From positions 1 to 64,000 of the IMG/VR virus record IMGVR_UViG_3300023179_000071: a DNA stretch of 64,000 nucleotides. One strand, given 5' to 3'. Of this stretch, positions 1-11,900 are shown piece after piece; the first letter of the stretch is position 1, and every line of letters starts with the position of its first letter. A program made the translations under genes and the position numbers. The notes beneath the pieces are model-generated. The model made no database searches. It saw nothing but the letters and a program-made list of their open reading frames with translations, and was not told the DNA's origin. This DNA comes from a virus.

Positions 1-78
1 CTCCCACCCCACCTCCTACTCCTCCTGGCGGTGGATCTCCTCCCACCCCACCTCCTACTCCTCCTGGCGGTGGATCTC
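1..78 (+). repeat. Exact 39-bp tandem repeat x2 (13-codon Pro/Thr/Gly unit)
   Basis: ctcccaccccacctcctactcctcctggcggtggatctc at 1-39 and 40-78; may continue left of the window. Confidence 0.95.
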
Positions 79-3000
79 CACCATCCGGAGATGCAGAGGC
101 TATGGTTCAAAGATATATGATGGAACTAGAAGCAGCTGCAAAAGCTGTTAAATTACAAACTTATCAAGCGGAAAGATTGGCTGGAGCTACGGCATCGGAA
201 GCCAAGGCTAGAGCAGACGCAGCGGCTTTTGCTGAGTATCAATCTATAGCACAGCAAAGACTGACTACTGCCACAAATGAAGAAAGAGCAGCTATTGATG
301 AAGCTCGTAGTAGAATGTCACAAGTCAGAGGAGGCGCAACCGTTTCTCCAGCTGAGGCTAAGCCTGTTACAGAATCGTTGGCTCGTGGTGGGGCTCCAGC
401 ACCAGATACAACAGATTATAGAAAAGTTGCTCAGGATAATATCCAATCATTACAAGAAATGAATACTAGTGCTCTCGCATGGTCTGCTAGTTCTGTTTTG
501 GCTATCAAGGCATTGAGTGGTATTGTTGGTCCGACAACTGCTTTTGGTAGTGCTCTTTCTGGGGTATCTAATAGTGTTGCTAGTACAGAAGCCCTATTCC
601 TTGGATTAAATAAAGGACTTAGATTTGTTTCAGATATAGGAGTATCAGAAGACTCTGCCAAAAAAATCGAAGAATTTTCTTCAAAATTAATAGATGCTGG
701 ACGCACAGTAAATAATTGGGCAGCAAAACTACCAGACGGTTTATTTAAAAATATAGCATCAAAATTAGGAGGAGGACTAGATCTTGGCGGAGGAGCATTA
801 GGAAAACTCGGATCTCAGCTTCCCAAAGTTATAAGTGGAGTGACCTCATCGTTGATGTCCATTCTTCCAACAGCACAATTAGTTGTTACAGGAATGAATG
901 CAGCAGCTCAAGCCTTTATAGCTTATACTGATGCTATTCGTAATAATAAGATAGAAAATGCTACAAAGTCTTTGGATACTAGCTTAAAAAATGCTAGCAG
1001 TGCTTTAGATATGTACAATACAAATACTATAGATAATGCTAATCAATTATCTGTAGCTAGTGCTGAGATTAGTAGAGCAGCAACTGCCGCTAAAACATTG
1101 GCTGATATTGATAAGACTAATCAAAAATGGAGTACTACTAATTTAATAGGCGAAACTCTAGCTATGGGTGGTGGTGGTGCCGAAAGTAGGGCTCAACGAG
1201 CAGAAATCTTGGATAAAAAAGGAATGGGTGCATATGTAGGATCATTATTAGATTTTACAGGAGGTACTCAACAAAGATATACTCAAGAACTAGCTCCACA
1301 ACAAGCTATCAAGTCTTCCGAACAGTTTGCTAAAGTAGCTACATTAATTCAACAGCAAAATGAAGCAAGATTCAACTCTGGCGAAAGTTCATCAGATATA
1401 ATGAATAGTCCAGAATGGGCACAACAAGCAGAGGTATTGGCAAGAGCAAATGCTGCTACTGAAGAAAGATTACGATTAATAGATGCAGATATAAGTTTAT
1501 CTAAGGCGGCAAGAGATGCAAGAAAGCAGGAACTGATACAATTTGCAGCAACAGGAGCTGTTAGAAATCAAGAAATACAAGCCATTAGAGAAGCAAATAA
1601 CAATAGAGCAAATCAAGAAAGTAATAGTTTATTATATGGTCTAGAAAGAATGCTTCAAAATATGGAGCAAAGTATTAGTTCTGTAACATATTCATTAAAT
1701 AAACTTGCTGATCAGACAGATCTACTAAAATCTTCTATGACAGGAGAAGCCAAGATAGGTGCCACAAGGGTTGATGCTATCAACACATTACAAAATCCTA
1801 ATGTTTCCAGTGATGTAGAAAGAGCACAATCATCTAAAATGGCATCACAATTTTTTGGTTCTCAAGGTAAAGATATAGAAGGATTACTTAATTTTGGTCC
1901 CAAGCTAGAAGAAACAGTCTTATCCACTATTAATAGAACAATAAAAGAAGATCCTAATGCTGGTAGTGGTAAGATAGAAGCTCGTATCACTCAAAATTTA
2001 GAAAGAGAACTAGGTAATCTCAATATTGATGCAGGATTAAAACAAGCCCTATCCAAACAAACAGCTTCTGCTATTACTGAATCTCGTAAAAAGGATGACG
2101 ATAAAACAGATTTCAAGTCATTATTTAGTGAAACAGCGGCATTCGGTAAAGTTGTACAGGCAACCAAAAGAGCACAAGAAGCAGCTGTTAAAGCTTTAGA
2201 ATTCTATCAACAATCAGTTAGCAACTATGCTCAGTCTATGAATGAGATGGTTAGCTTACAAATATCATCTAATGAAAAATTCAGAAGAGCTTCAGAAATA
2301 CGCTCTCGTGGAGAAATTGATTTAGCCAAGACTTTAGGCAAGAATATTTCCTTTGAAACTTCTAAGCAAACAGCTAGAGCCGGTGTTATGAGTCAGGCTG
2401 GGACCACAGATCCAACAGCCATATTTAATAACATAGGACGATTAGAACAAATAAGACAGGGACAGCAAGGCGCTCTTAATTCTGCGGTTCAAGGAGGTCC
2501 ACGAAATCAAAAAGATATCATAGCATTCAATAGAGAGCTTGCATCAACAACTATGGGACTAAGGGAAAATTATTCGGCTCTCAAAGGACTAGCTGAAAGC
2601 ACAGATGTTGCTCAAGCAGCAATGACAAGAATAGGCGAATTAAAAGCAAAAAATGAAGCTGGTGCAAATATCTTAGAAAGATTCGTTACATCTTCACCTA
2701 AAGATCAGGCCAAGCTTAGTGGTGCTTTTGATCGTTTAGAAAGAAATATGAATGGTCAAACTAATAATATGTGGGACTCGGTCAGAGTTCAAGAAGCATA
2801 TAATGATGCTATTCAAAATGGAGCTAGTATGCAGGAAGCTCAAGATGCTGCTGACTCAGCAGCTGCTCAAGATAGAGGAGATACTTTAGAAGCATTTAAG
2901 ATGCTTGCTCCTATGCTTGGAGAAAATCAAGGAGAACTCAAAGCTAACATGCTAGAGTCTATGATGAGAGAATCTGGTGTAGAAACTAGCCCCATGTTTG

Positions 3001-6000
3001 CCAAAGTATTAGAAGGTTTGAGAAATCCAGAAGGCGATCCTCAGATGGCTGAGGCTATTAACCAATACAGACAAGCTACTGAACTACAGGCCCAAGCTAA
3101 TACATATTTAGCCATGCTAGACGGTAGATTGGCTGTAGATATTGGACAACAGTCACAGGCAGCATTTACAAACGCTTTGAATGGAGTAGGTCAAGCATTC
3201 GCTAATACAAATAGTGCAGATATATCTAAAGGAATTAATGAACTAAACAATCATTTAAGAAGCGGAGTTACCAAAGTTAGTGATGTTGGTGGAGGAAATG
3301 CTCTTCCATTTGCTAGAGGAGGAGTTGTAGAATATAGGGCCGTTGGAGGATCAATATTCAAGCCCAAGGGCACCGATACAGTTCCTGCAATGTTAACACC
3401 AGGAGAGTTTGTGGTTAATAAACAAGCAGCATCAGCTAATAAGTCTTTATTAACAGCTATTAATAATGGATATGCTAAGGGAGGCAGTGTTAAATATCTT
3501 GCAGAAGGTGGGTGGGTATCTGATATGCTTGTTCCCGAAAAGGATAGGTTCGGAGAAGCCAAACCTGGTGAATTGTATACTAAATGGGATGATTTCTCTA
3601 AGTTCGGATCAGGTAATGATGTTAAAGCTAATATAGAAAAAATCAAAGCTGATAGTAAAGATATTTATTTCTATAAACCTCATTCATATCCCACATTTTC
3701 TGGTAGAGAAACAGATAGTTCTGAATTATTATCTCAGTTAAGATCTGGTATGGATGGAGATAATTCATTTTTTGGTTTTCTTCCGGATTTTAGTATGGAC
3801 TTAGTTAATACAGCATTGAATATTGCTGGTGCAACAGGTGCGGGTGTTGCTAGTGGCGCTCTTGGCGGAGCAGCTGCGGCAGCTAATCCTGCTCAGTTTG
3901 TAACAGCTAGTCTTGCTGGTAATATGTCGCAGGGGCAGAATACCGCCGGAACTCTTTTGGGTAATGGTGCTTTTGGTACGGCCGCAAGCTGGATATGGGA
4001 AGCTATGAAATTTGTTCCTGGCCTAGGAGGAGTTATTTCTGGTATAGACGCTTTTAAGAAATTAGTTTTTGATTATGATCTTATTGGTGGTGGTCTAGAA
4101 GCTTTAAATGCTGTATTTTCATTAATACCATTCCCTGGAGCCAGTTTATTGGGTAAGGGGGTGAGTAAAGGACTAGGATGGATGTTAAGAATGTTTGGGC
4201 AAACTAAGGTTGCTAGGTTTGGAAAAACCTGGATACCTAAACTAATAGAAGTTACTGGTGCTACAAAACTCATGAACACAGTTAAAGGATGGCTTGGTCA
4301 AGGACCGGCTAACTTAGTAGAAAAACTGCTGCCAGATGTTGTGAAGAAAAAACTAGGTATCAATTTAGCTGGGGCTGGTAAATCTGGTGCAGAGTTAGCT
4401 AGAGAAGGTATTGAAAAGATGTCTCCAGAAATTTTAGCAGATTATAAAGCTTATAGACAGGCTGGTATGGCTGCGGACGAAGCATTGGCCAGAGCTAAAG
4501 GTAGACTTAATTATGTAGGATCATCAGCTAGTGGTATGCAGGCTTCGGCAGCTCAAGCAGCAGCTAGAAATGCTAGCGATGCAGAACGACTCGCAGGACG
4601 AGCTACAATCAACAATATGGCAGCCAGAGTTGCTACCGGCGCTGCCTATGGTGCTGGCGCTATGGGCACAGTAGGTGCTGTGTCTGGCTATATGCAAGGA
4701 AGAACACCTAGTGCTACTATGAGTGGCGCAGATAAGCTGAAAAGTATTACAGAAGTTTTAGGATTTAAAATTCCAGACAAATTCAGAAGTCCTGAAACAA
4801 CAAGTAAAATTTTTGATGAAAATTTAGATAATTTAGCATTATCAGAAGCGCAGATGCAATTAAGTTCTGTAGAAATGTGGTTAAAAGCTATAGACGAAGC
4901 TAATAAATGGTCAGAAACTAATAAGCCTCCTAAATCCAAAGCATCATACGATGGATCATACCACTTTACATCAGAGCCATCAACTAAAAAAGAATATATG
5001 TATGCTACAATTGGAGAAGCTCTTAGTGTAGATTCTATTATGGGTGATCTAAAACCCAATATTATGAAATTCTATAAGAGCGGCAATCCTACACTATCTA
5101 ATAGTCCAGACCCTAATCAGTTAAGTGCTGCTGCCGAATCCTTTATTAAATCACAGGGTCGAGATTTTGATCAATTAATAAGTTCTGACAGCTATAATAA
5201 ATTTCAAAACATCGATGGTATTAAAGCATATGTTCAAGATTATTATGATAGCTTAAAAAAAATTAATACAGCCACCACGACACCAGAAAGCTATAACACC
5301 GCACACTGGAGTCCTGCACAACCATCAAAGCAAAAAGAGGGCAGAATTTCATCTATTCTTGGGTCATTACAAGCTGGCACTCGATATAGCTATGATTTTA
5401 AGAAATCAGAATTAGCTAAGTTCGATAAGTTTCAATGGGGATCAACAGCACCAGTACCCACTAAAGATGGAGAAAAACCAGCAGAAAATAAAGATACCGG
5501 AGATATGTTGACTGTATATGGAACAGAAATGAGGGCTATATGGTCAAATATTAGAGATACTGAAAATGAAACAATTAAAGAGGCTATTAAAAATAAGAAT
5601 ATATGGGATGGAAAAGCAGAAAACGCTTTTAGAATTTACAAGCAAGGGTCCTCTCCCGACCAATATGATCCGCTACCATGGACCACCAACCCATCATTAA
5701 TAACAGATGGAATGAGACAACTAGCGCAACAAGCTACAGAAGATAATATAGCTAGTACTATAGGATTAAAAATGGGGACGGTATCCACTTACGATAAAGT
5801 AATCGATCTGCCGAAAGCAAAAAGAGAACTACCAGTTACTTTTAGTTATCAGCCTTTCCAACAAATTCCACTCCTTGATCCTGCCACAACAGATATAGAG
5901 AGTGAAGTAAATCAGTTTTTGCCTGGAGCATCAACAGAGCCAAGTCCAACACCTGTTCCTGGAGTATTTATTAAATACAGAGGATCAGAAGCAGGCTCTG

Positions 6001-8888
6001 CTACTCTTAATCCATTCGCAGCATTAACCCCAGGCGCAGACAAGTTGATGCCCTATTATAGCAGCGTAGCTAATATGGAAAAGGCTGTTAATGAATGGGC
6101 TTTAGCTAATTTTGATACTATGACAGATTGGAGTTTATTGGGTGTCTCATTAGCAGCAGGATATTCTCCTATTAAAGCTGAAGCAGCAATGAAAATGGCT
6201 GAAAGTATACGCGGAGCAAGAACAAAAAGAAAAAGCAAAGAAGGATCTGTGCCAGATAAAGAATCTCCAGTGAACAGTGCTACAGAATTCCTATTTAAGA
6301 AGGATGCATTATTTTATCAAGATGATTTCTTATCAGCAGTTGAGCCATCATATCCTGAAGCTGCCAATATTATCGGAGCAAAAATACCTAATCTTGTAGA
6401 TATAATGCAAAGACGTGCAGCTAGACAAATAGCTGGTAATAAAGATGCGAAAAAAGCAGAGATATCGGCAAAAGCCAGCTTGGTAAATTTTAAGAGTGAT
6501 GAAATACCTTTATTAGGAGATATTGTTTGGCAAAATGTTAAAAACTTGTCCCTATCAGCTGGCCCTTCGTTATCTAGCGCTGCTGATTGGCAAAATGCTG
6601 CCACCGCCGATGGAGTTGCTCCACCAACCAGTATTACAGGACAAGATGATTTATTAGCAGCAGTTGATTATATAGCTTGGATTCAAGCCAAAGTCTTAAG
6701 ACTAAAAGATAAAGCAGTAGAGCAAAATAAGATAGAATCTGTAGAGAATCTACAATCTGAAGCCGAATTTGGAAAATACATGAGTGCTGGTCGTTTCCTT
6801 AGTCAGCTAGCTTCTGATTCAGAACGACCCGTTACAGCGAATACTAGCATAGGACAGGCTAGCGAAAGACTATATAGTAAATATATGAATGAAAATAAGT
6901 TAGATCAGTATATTAAAAAATCTAGATTTACTGATAAAGATTCAAAGAAAGAAATAGAACAGCAGTTTTGGGATATCCATAAAATCATTCAGGATAAGAG
7001 TTTTGTAGACTATATTCTAGGTTTTGCTAATCAGTCTCGTACAGCTAAGAGATTTAAACAGGTTGTAACCGGTAATGGAAGAGCTGAATTAGGTAGTGAA
7101 CAAAAAGCATTATTACAAGGACAATTTGCTGCTTTTGGTCAATCTAAGAGCGCTACCGCTATGATGGGCGCAGGAGCAAAGGAAGCTGCTCAAACCACCA
7201 TGAAAGTAGCTAGTGCCGATGGTATAGCTGAAGTATCTATTCCAACAGAAATTGATGATGTCATTAACCAGTTTTTAGATACTAGTAAAGTTTATGAACC
7301 TTTATATAGAGAAACTTTAGGTAAGTTATTGGAAACAAATGGAAGAACATATGCGGATAAGTGGACTAAGAGCGGAGATCCAGGATCAGCCGGTTGGTCA
7401 TCCATTTGGGACGAGTATTCTGCTCAATTATCCTCATTGACAAACTTTTTAGTAGACAGAGACAGATTACTGATGAGACCAATTGCAGAAGAAGGATCTA
7501 CTTTATATCCTCCTGCTGTTCTCCCATCTATCGCTGGTAATTTATTCCCAACACTGCAAGCAGTAGCCCAGGTTTCTGGAATAGCTCCTCCAGCAGATGT
7601 GACTATAGAAACATTAATGGAAGCACTGGGTGACAGAGCAGCGATGATGGCACAAATTCAAAAGTTTATAGGAGCAGTGTCTCCGACAGCTCCAGAAGAT
7701 TATGAAAAAAGAGATCAGATGAAAAAAATAGCTAAACAAGCTATGGATTTTTATGAAAATAATTTATCACCATCATCATTACCAAGAGTATTTACACAAG
7801 AAGGTAATGAATTATGGCAAAGAATGCAAGCTAGTTATATGGATGCCAATAAGGCTTACATGGGTTTTGGTGCCGACGGTAGTGATGTATCAACTGGATT
7901 AGGAGCATTAGAAGATATTTATAACCCCTCGCAAATGCCTTATGCTCAAAATACCCTATATGGTCTATACTACAGACTAAATAAAAAGGCTGGCACAAAC
8001 AATACTGTTGAAGCTCTAATGAACGAAAAAGCAGTCAAGGATAAAGCAGCAGCAGCAGGAGCCACTCCAAAACCAGAAACACAGAGCCAGGATGTTCCTG
8101 CCCAAGCAGCCGCAGCAGCACCAAAAGAGCCAGAACCAGGACTACCCCCAGAACCATCTAAAGAAGAAGCAGAAAGAAAAGTTCAAGCAAGAGCTAAGGG
8201 AGGCTTAATTTACAGAGCCGGTGGAGGATCTGCTCCTATTAATTGGACACCCAGAGGCACCGATACTGTTCCTGCTATGCTAACTCCAGGAGAATATGTT
8301 ATCAATAGGGGAGCAACTCAAAAATACTTACCAATTTTAGAAGCCATTAATAATGGAAGTAACACTCAGGGAGCTATAGCATCGGCAGTTCAAGGATCTG
8401 CTCCGGCCACATCATATGCTAGTCGTGGTGGAGTAATTCAGCCTAAATATTTCCGAGTTGGAGGAGATGTTACAGGAGGCACAAGTGGTGTATCTACTTC
8501 ATATAGTATGGGTTTTGATAGCGCTACATTGGCCGCTATCAAGCAATTTGATAATAGCGTACAAGCTCTTGGAGATGCTCTGGCTGGATTGCAGCTTGGC
8601 AATATAAAAATTGATCAGGCTGCTTTGAGTGCATTGGGAGATTTTGCAACCAGATTCGATCAGTTTGCACAAAGCCTATTGAAACTCAATGTTCCACCAG
8701 TTATTAGCATCACAGGACAACATGAGGTGAATGTAAATATTAACGGCACATCTGTATTTAGTAATATGGAAGAAAAGATGAAGCAACTTATTAGTCAAGA
8801 AGTGGATAAGGCTTTCACTCAGCTATCTAAGGAAACCGAAGGAAACATTACTATGAATTATAAGCCACCAACCTCGCCCCTCGCCTAA
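3..8888 (+). CDS. Tape-measure-like giant virion protein (5'-truncated by window edge)
   Basis: Frame is open from position 3 (PTPPPTPPGGGS...) into the 2928-aa ORF at 102. Long Ala/Gln/Ser-rich helical sequence with two 'A.GG...GTDTVPAMLTPGE(F/Y)V' modules typical of phage tape measure proteins; lies upstream of tail genes. Confidence 0.8.
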   Translation, partial: PTPPPTPPGGGSPPTPPPTPPGGGSPPSGDAEAMVQRYMMELEAAAKAVKLQTYQAERLAGATASEAKARADAAAFAEYQSIAQQRLTTATNEERAAIDEARSRMSQVRGGATVSPAEAKPVTESLARGGAPAPDTTDYRKVAQDNIQSLQEMNTSALAWSASSVLAIKALSGIVGPTTAFGSALSGVSNSVASTEALFLGLNKGLRFVSDIGVSEDSAKKIEEFSSKLIDAGRTVNNWAAKLPDGLFKNIASKLGGGLDLGGGALGKLGSQLPKVISGVTSSLMSILPTAQLVVTGMNAAAQAFIAYTDAIRNNKIENATKSLDTSLKNASSALDMYNTNTIDNANQLSVASAEISRAATAAKTLADIDKTNQKWSTTNLIGETLAMGGGGAESRAQRAEILDKKGMGAYVGSLLDFTGGTQQRYTQELAPQQAIKSSEQFAKVATLIQQQNEARFNSGESSSDIMNSPEWAQQAEVLARANAATEERLRLIDADISLSKAARDARKQELIQFAATGAVRNQEIQAIREANNNRANQESNSLLYGLERMLQNMEQSISSVTYSLNKLADQTDLLKSSMTGEAKIGATRVDAINTLQNPNVSSDVERAQSSKMASQFFGSQGKDIEGLLNFGPKLEETVLSTINRTIKEDPNAGSGKIEARITQNLERELGNLNIDAGLKQALSKQTASAITESRKKDDDKTDFKSLFSETAAFGKVVQATKRAQEAAVKALEFYQQSVSNYAQSMNEMVSLQISSNEKFRRASEIRSRGEIDLAKTLGKNISFETSKQTARAGVMSQAGTTDPTAIFNNIGRLEQIRQGQQGALNSAVQGGPRNQKDIIAFNRELASTTMGLRENYSALKGLAESTDVAQAAMTRIGELKAKNEAGANILERFVTSSPKDQAKLSGAFDRLERNMNGQTNNMWDSVRVQEAYNDAIQNGASMQEAQDAADSAAAQDRGDTLEAFKMLAPMLGENQGELKANMLESMMRESGVETSPMFAKVLEGLRNPEGDPQMAEAINQYRQATELQAQANTYLAMLDGRLAVDIGQQSQAAFTNALNGVGQAFANTNSADISKGINELNNHLRSGVTKVSDVGGGNALPFARGGVVEYRAVGGSIFKPKGTDTVPAMLTPGEFVVNKQAASANKSLLTAINNGYAKGGSVKYLAEGGWVSDMLVPEKDRFGEAKPGELYTKWDDFSKFGSGNDVKANIEKIKADSKDIYFYKPHSYPTFSGRETDSSELLSQLRSGMDGDNSFFGFLPDFSMDLVNTALNIAGATGAGVASGALGGAAAAANPAQFVTASLAGNMSQGQNTAGTLLGNGAFGTAASWIWEAMKFVPGLGGVISGIDAFKKLVFDYDLIGGGLEALNAVFSLIPFPGASLLGKGVSKGLGWMLRMFGQTKVARFGKTWIPKLIEVTGATKLMNTVKGWLGQGPANLVEKLLPDVVKKKLGINLAGAGKSGAELAREGIEKMSPEILADYKAYRQAGMAADEALARAKGRLNYVGSSASGMQASAAQAAARNASDAERLAGRATINNMAARVATGAAYGAGAMGTVGAVSGYMQGRTPSATMSGADKLKSITEVLGFKIPDKFRSPETTSKIFDENLDNLALSEAQMQLSSVEMWLKAIDEANKWSETNKPPKSKASYDGSYHFTSEPSTKKEYMYATIGEALSVDSIMGDLKPNIMKFYKSGNPTLSNSPDPNQLSAAAESFIKSQGRDFDQLISSDSYNKFQNIDGIKAYVQDYYDSLKKINTATTTPESYNTAHWSPAQPSKQKEGRISSILGSLQAGTRYSYDFKKSELAKFDKFQWGSTAPVPTKDGEKPAENKDTGDMLTVYGTEMRAIWSNIRDTENETIKEAIKNKNIWDGKAENAFRIYKQGSSPDQYDPLPWTTNPSLITDGMRQLAQQATEDNIASTIGLKMGTVSTYDKVIDLPKAKRELPVTFSYQPFQQIPLLDPATTDIESEVNQFLPGASTEPSPTPVPGVFIKYRGSEAGSATLNPFAALTPGADKLMPYYSSVANMEKAVNEWALANFDTMTDWSLLGVSLAAGYSPIKAEAAMKMAESIRGARTKRKSKEGSVPDKESPVNSATEFLFKKDALFYQDDFLSAVEPSYPEAANIIGAKIPNLVDIMQRRAARQIAGNKDAKKAEISAKASLVNFKSDEIPLLGDIVWQNVKNLSLSAGPSLSSAADWQNAATADGVAPPTSITGQDDLLAAVDYIAWIQAKVLRLKDKAVEQNKIESVENLQSEAEFGKYMSAGRFLSQLASDSERPVTANTSIGQASERLYSKYMNENKLDQYIKKSRFTDKDSKKEIEQQFWDIHKIIQDKSFVDYILGFANQSRTAKRFKQVVTGNGRAELGSEQKALLQGQFAAFGQSKSATAMMGAGAKEAAQTTMKVASADGIAEVSIPTEIDDVINQFLDTSKVYEPLYRETLGKLLETNGRTYADKWTKSGDPGSAGWSSIWDEYSAQLSSLTNFLVDRDRLLMRPIAEEGSTLYPPAVLPSIAGNLFPTLQAVAQVSGIAPPADVTIETLMEALGDRAAMMAQIQKFIGAVSPTAPEDYEKRDQMKKIAKQAMDFYENNLSPSSLPRVFTQEGNELWQRMQASYMDANKAYMGFGADGSDVSTGLGALEDIYNPSQMPYAQNTLYGLYYRLNKKAGTNNTVEALMNEKAVKDKAAAAGATPKPETQSQDVPAQAAAAAPKEPEPGLPPEPSKEEAERKVQARAKGGLIYRAGGGSAPINWTPRGTDTVPAMLTPGEYVINRGATQKYLPILEAINNGSNTQGAIASAVQGSAPATSYASRGGVIQPKYFRVGGDVTGGTSGVSTSYSMGFDSATLAAIKQFDNSVQALGDALAGLQLGNIKIDQAALSALGDFATRFDQFAQSLLKLNVPPVISITGQHEVNVNINGTSVFSNMEEKMKQLISQEVDKAFTQLSKETEGNITMNYKPPTSPLA
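3369..3413 (+). repeat. GTDTVPAMLTPGEFV motif, copy 1
   Basis: Near-identical peptide to 8256-8300, differences mostly synonymous. Confidence 0.9.
8256..8300 (+). repeat. GTDTVPAMLTPGEYV motif, copy 2
   Basis: Repeat of 3369-3413, with matching flanks (YRA.GG upstream, L.AINNG downstream). Confidence 0.9.
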
Positions 8889-8911
8889 GGGTTAATTAAA
8901 AAGAGAAAACT

Positions 8912-11900
8912 ATGAGTATTAAATTTTATGATTTAGTTGGCGAACTAGGAACCCTAACTTTAGATGGTTCAAATAATCCAACCTTAGTTTCTTTAATACA
9001 AGATGGTCTAGCCCTAACCGGTTATAGACCATTTCTTAATAATATTGCAGACAATGATAGGCTTTATCTCAAAATACAACAAACAGCACAAAATGCTTTT
9101 GCTATTGTTATAGGTAAATATGACATTAATGAGTTTGGCGTTAGAACCATTATTATCGAAAGAGTATTATCTAAATTAGGAACATTGAGTGCTGGCACAT
9201 ATGCCGAAGTAACATCTTTTAATGATATCTCTATTAATCATAAAATATCTGCTAATCAATTATTAGTTAAAAAAACATCATTTATTCCGGAAACACAAAC
9301 ATCTGATTATATAGTAGCTCTAAGTGGAAATATTGTAGTTACTTTACCATTAGCCAATATAGATGCTGAAAATGTAAAATATGGATTTTTATTATCTAGT
9401 AAATATAATGGTGGAGATACTCTTACTATTAATGCTTCTGGTAGTAATAGTATTCTAGTTAATGATAATCCAGTTTCTAGTATATCAGTAACCGGCGTTG
9501 GTACATATGTACAATTAATGGCAACGTCTGGAGGAAATTGGTATAAGTTATTTTCTACAGATCTTGTTGCTGGAGAAGCTGGTGGTTCAGTTGTAGGGGG
9601 TTTGTCTAAGAGTGTTCAATTCAATAACGCTGGATCTATAACTGGAGGTAAGTTATTTTGGGATAATAATACTGAAACTTTATATTTTGGAGATACTAGT
9701 AATATACTTAATGCTGACCTTGTAATAAGTGCTACTCAAAATAAAGCATCCGGTATTTATCCACTATATGTTAGACTTAATAATGGTAATTTCTTTGCGC
9801 TAACTAAAGACGGCAAGGTTGCTATCAACACGCCAAGTCTTCCACTATATGAATCGTCTCCCAACTTTCATATGGTTGGACGATGTGCAGTATTTGAAGG
9901 AAATTGTGGATCAGCAGGAGTTGCTCTAACATTATTTAATAATCCAGACGTTGTGCCACTTGTTGGTAGTGTTGGCGGATCCTTTAATATGTCCGCCAGA
10001 AATAGTAATAGAAATGTCGTTAACTATGCACAAATCCAATCCAAGATCTTAAATCCTAATAAAGGAGTTTCTAGCGGTCAATTCTTAGTAAATGTTGATG
10101 TTTCTGGTAGTCCATATAATATTATGTCTATGGATCTATCTAATTTAATAGTTGGTAATAATGATATTTCTAAACTAGTAGATTCTGCTGTATTAGGCAA
10201 AGATAATGCTCTAACCTCAATTTCTGGAGCTAAAGTTTTTGGAAATAATAATACTATTGATAGAGTTAATAATCTATATGTTATTGGTTCGGATAATAGC
10301 ATAGATTTTGTGAAAAACAGTGCTAGATATACCCTATCGGAACCAAATATTAGCACACTATCAGGTTTAGATTGGGATGATCTTGATGATCTACAAGCTG
10401 GAGATATTGTACAGGTTACTAACAATAGTGTTCTAAATGGATATTATATTGCACAAACATCTACATGGACCCCTATCGATGATACTGTAGCTATAGGTTA
10501 TTTCGGCAATGCTAACTTCGTTATAGGTAGTGATAGTACTTTATCTGGAAACAATCTGATTGCTATAGGAAGCAATAGTATTGCTAGTGGCAATAATTTA
10601 TCCGTATTCGGTAATTTCAATAATATTCGTACTCAAAATATATCTCAAATTATACAAAGTAATTTCCAGCCAGACTATTCTACCGTTGTTGGTAATGTTA
10701 ATACATTTGATGCTAGCGGTGTTGTTATTTTAGGTAATAGAAATGCTGGCAGTGGTGTTAGAGCATTAATGCTAAATGGTTCGCTGAATACGATAGGATC
10801 TGGTACTATAGATAGCGTTATTATCGGTAATAATAATAGCTTAACATCGATTAGTGGTATTGTAATAGGTAATCGTAATTTTGGTGTTCAATCATTATCG
10901 ACTATAGTAGGAACGAATAATAATGTAATCGGAGTAAATAATATTGTTCTTGGATCAGACGTGGCCCTCAGTGGTAATAATAATATTTTGACCGGAGACA
11001 CCATAACAGCAAGTGGTAATAGTTCTATTCTGCATGGAGCCAATCACTTCTCTTCAGGACTTAATAATATACTTATTGGCGCTGATATATCAACAACAGG
11101 TAATAATACCTTAGGTTTTGGTAATAATTTAGATATTGTTGGAAACAATAACATAGTCCTAGGTCTCAATAATAGAACAGTAGGTTCAGGCAATGTTCTT
11201 TTTAGTACAAATACCCTAGCATCAGGAAACTTACTTAATAATACTATTTATGGGGCAAACAATCGACTAGATGCGACCGATCATACTTATCTTAATCTAT
11301 TCGGTCAGAACAATTCAGTAGCCTCAGGAACACTGCATAATTTAGTAGTTGGAACAAATAATGATGTAAAAAATAGATTTAATTTTGTATTACAACCCAT
11401 ATCCTTTGTGATTAGTGATAATGGTACTAAATTTACTAATACCACAGGATCGTCTTCGATTAATAACTATAGGGCCGGTGATGCTATAGTTTATATTTCT
11501 AATAATGTTATTGTTGGATCTGGAGTTATTCAGTCCGCGTATATTCCCAATGCTAGTCCAAGTTCTCTGATTATAGAGCCAACTTCCTCATTTACCACAA
11601 TATTGACTACAGTAGATATATTATCATCTACTAAACAACAAGAACTTATAGCTCAATATTCTAGACCAGTAGCTATTGTTGGTAATGAGAACGATGTTGT
11701 TGGATTATCTGGAGTTGTCTTTGGACACAATAATGCTGTTAGCGGATATAATAATACTATTATTGGTAATGATAATATTTATGGTGGAAATAATGCAGTT
11801 ATTATAGGACAAAATTTTGCCGGTAGTGGATTCAATAACCTTGTAAATATAGGTTTTAATAATATTGGTGGATTGTCCGGTTCTGTAATGGTTGGTCAAA

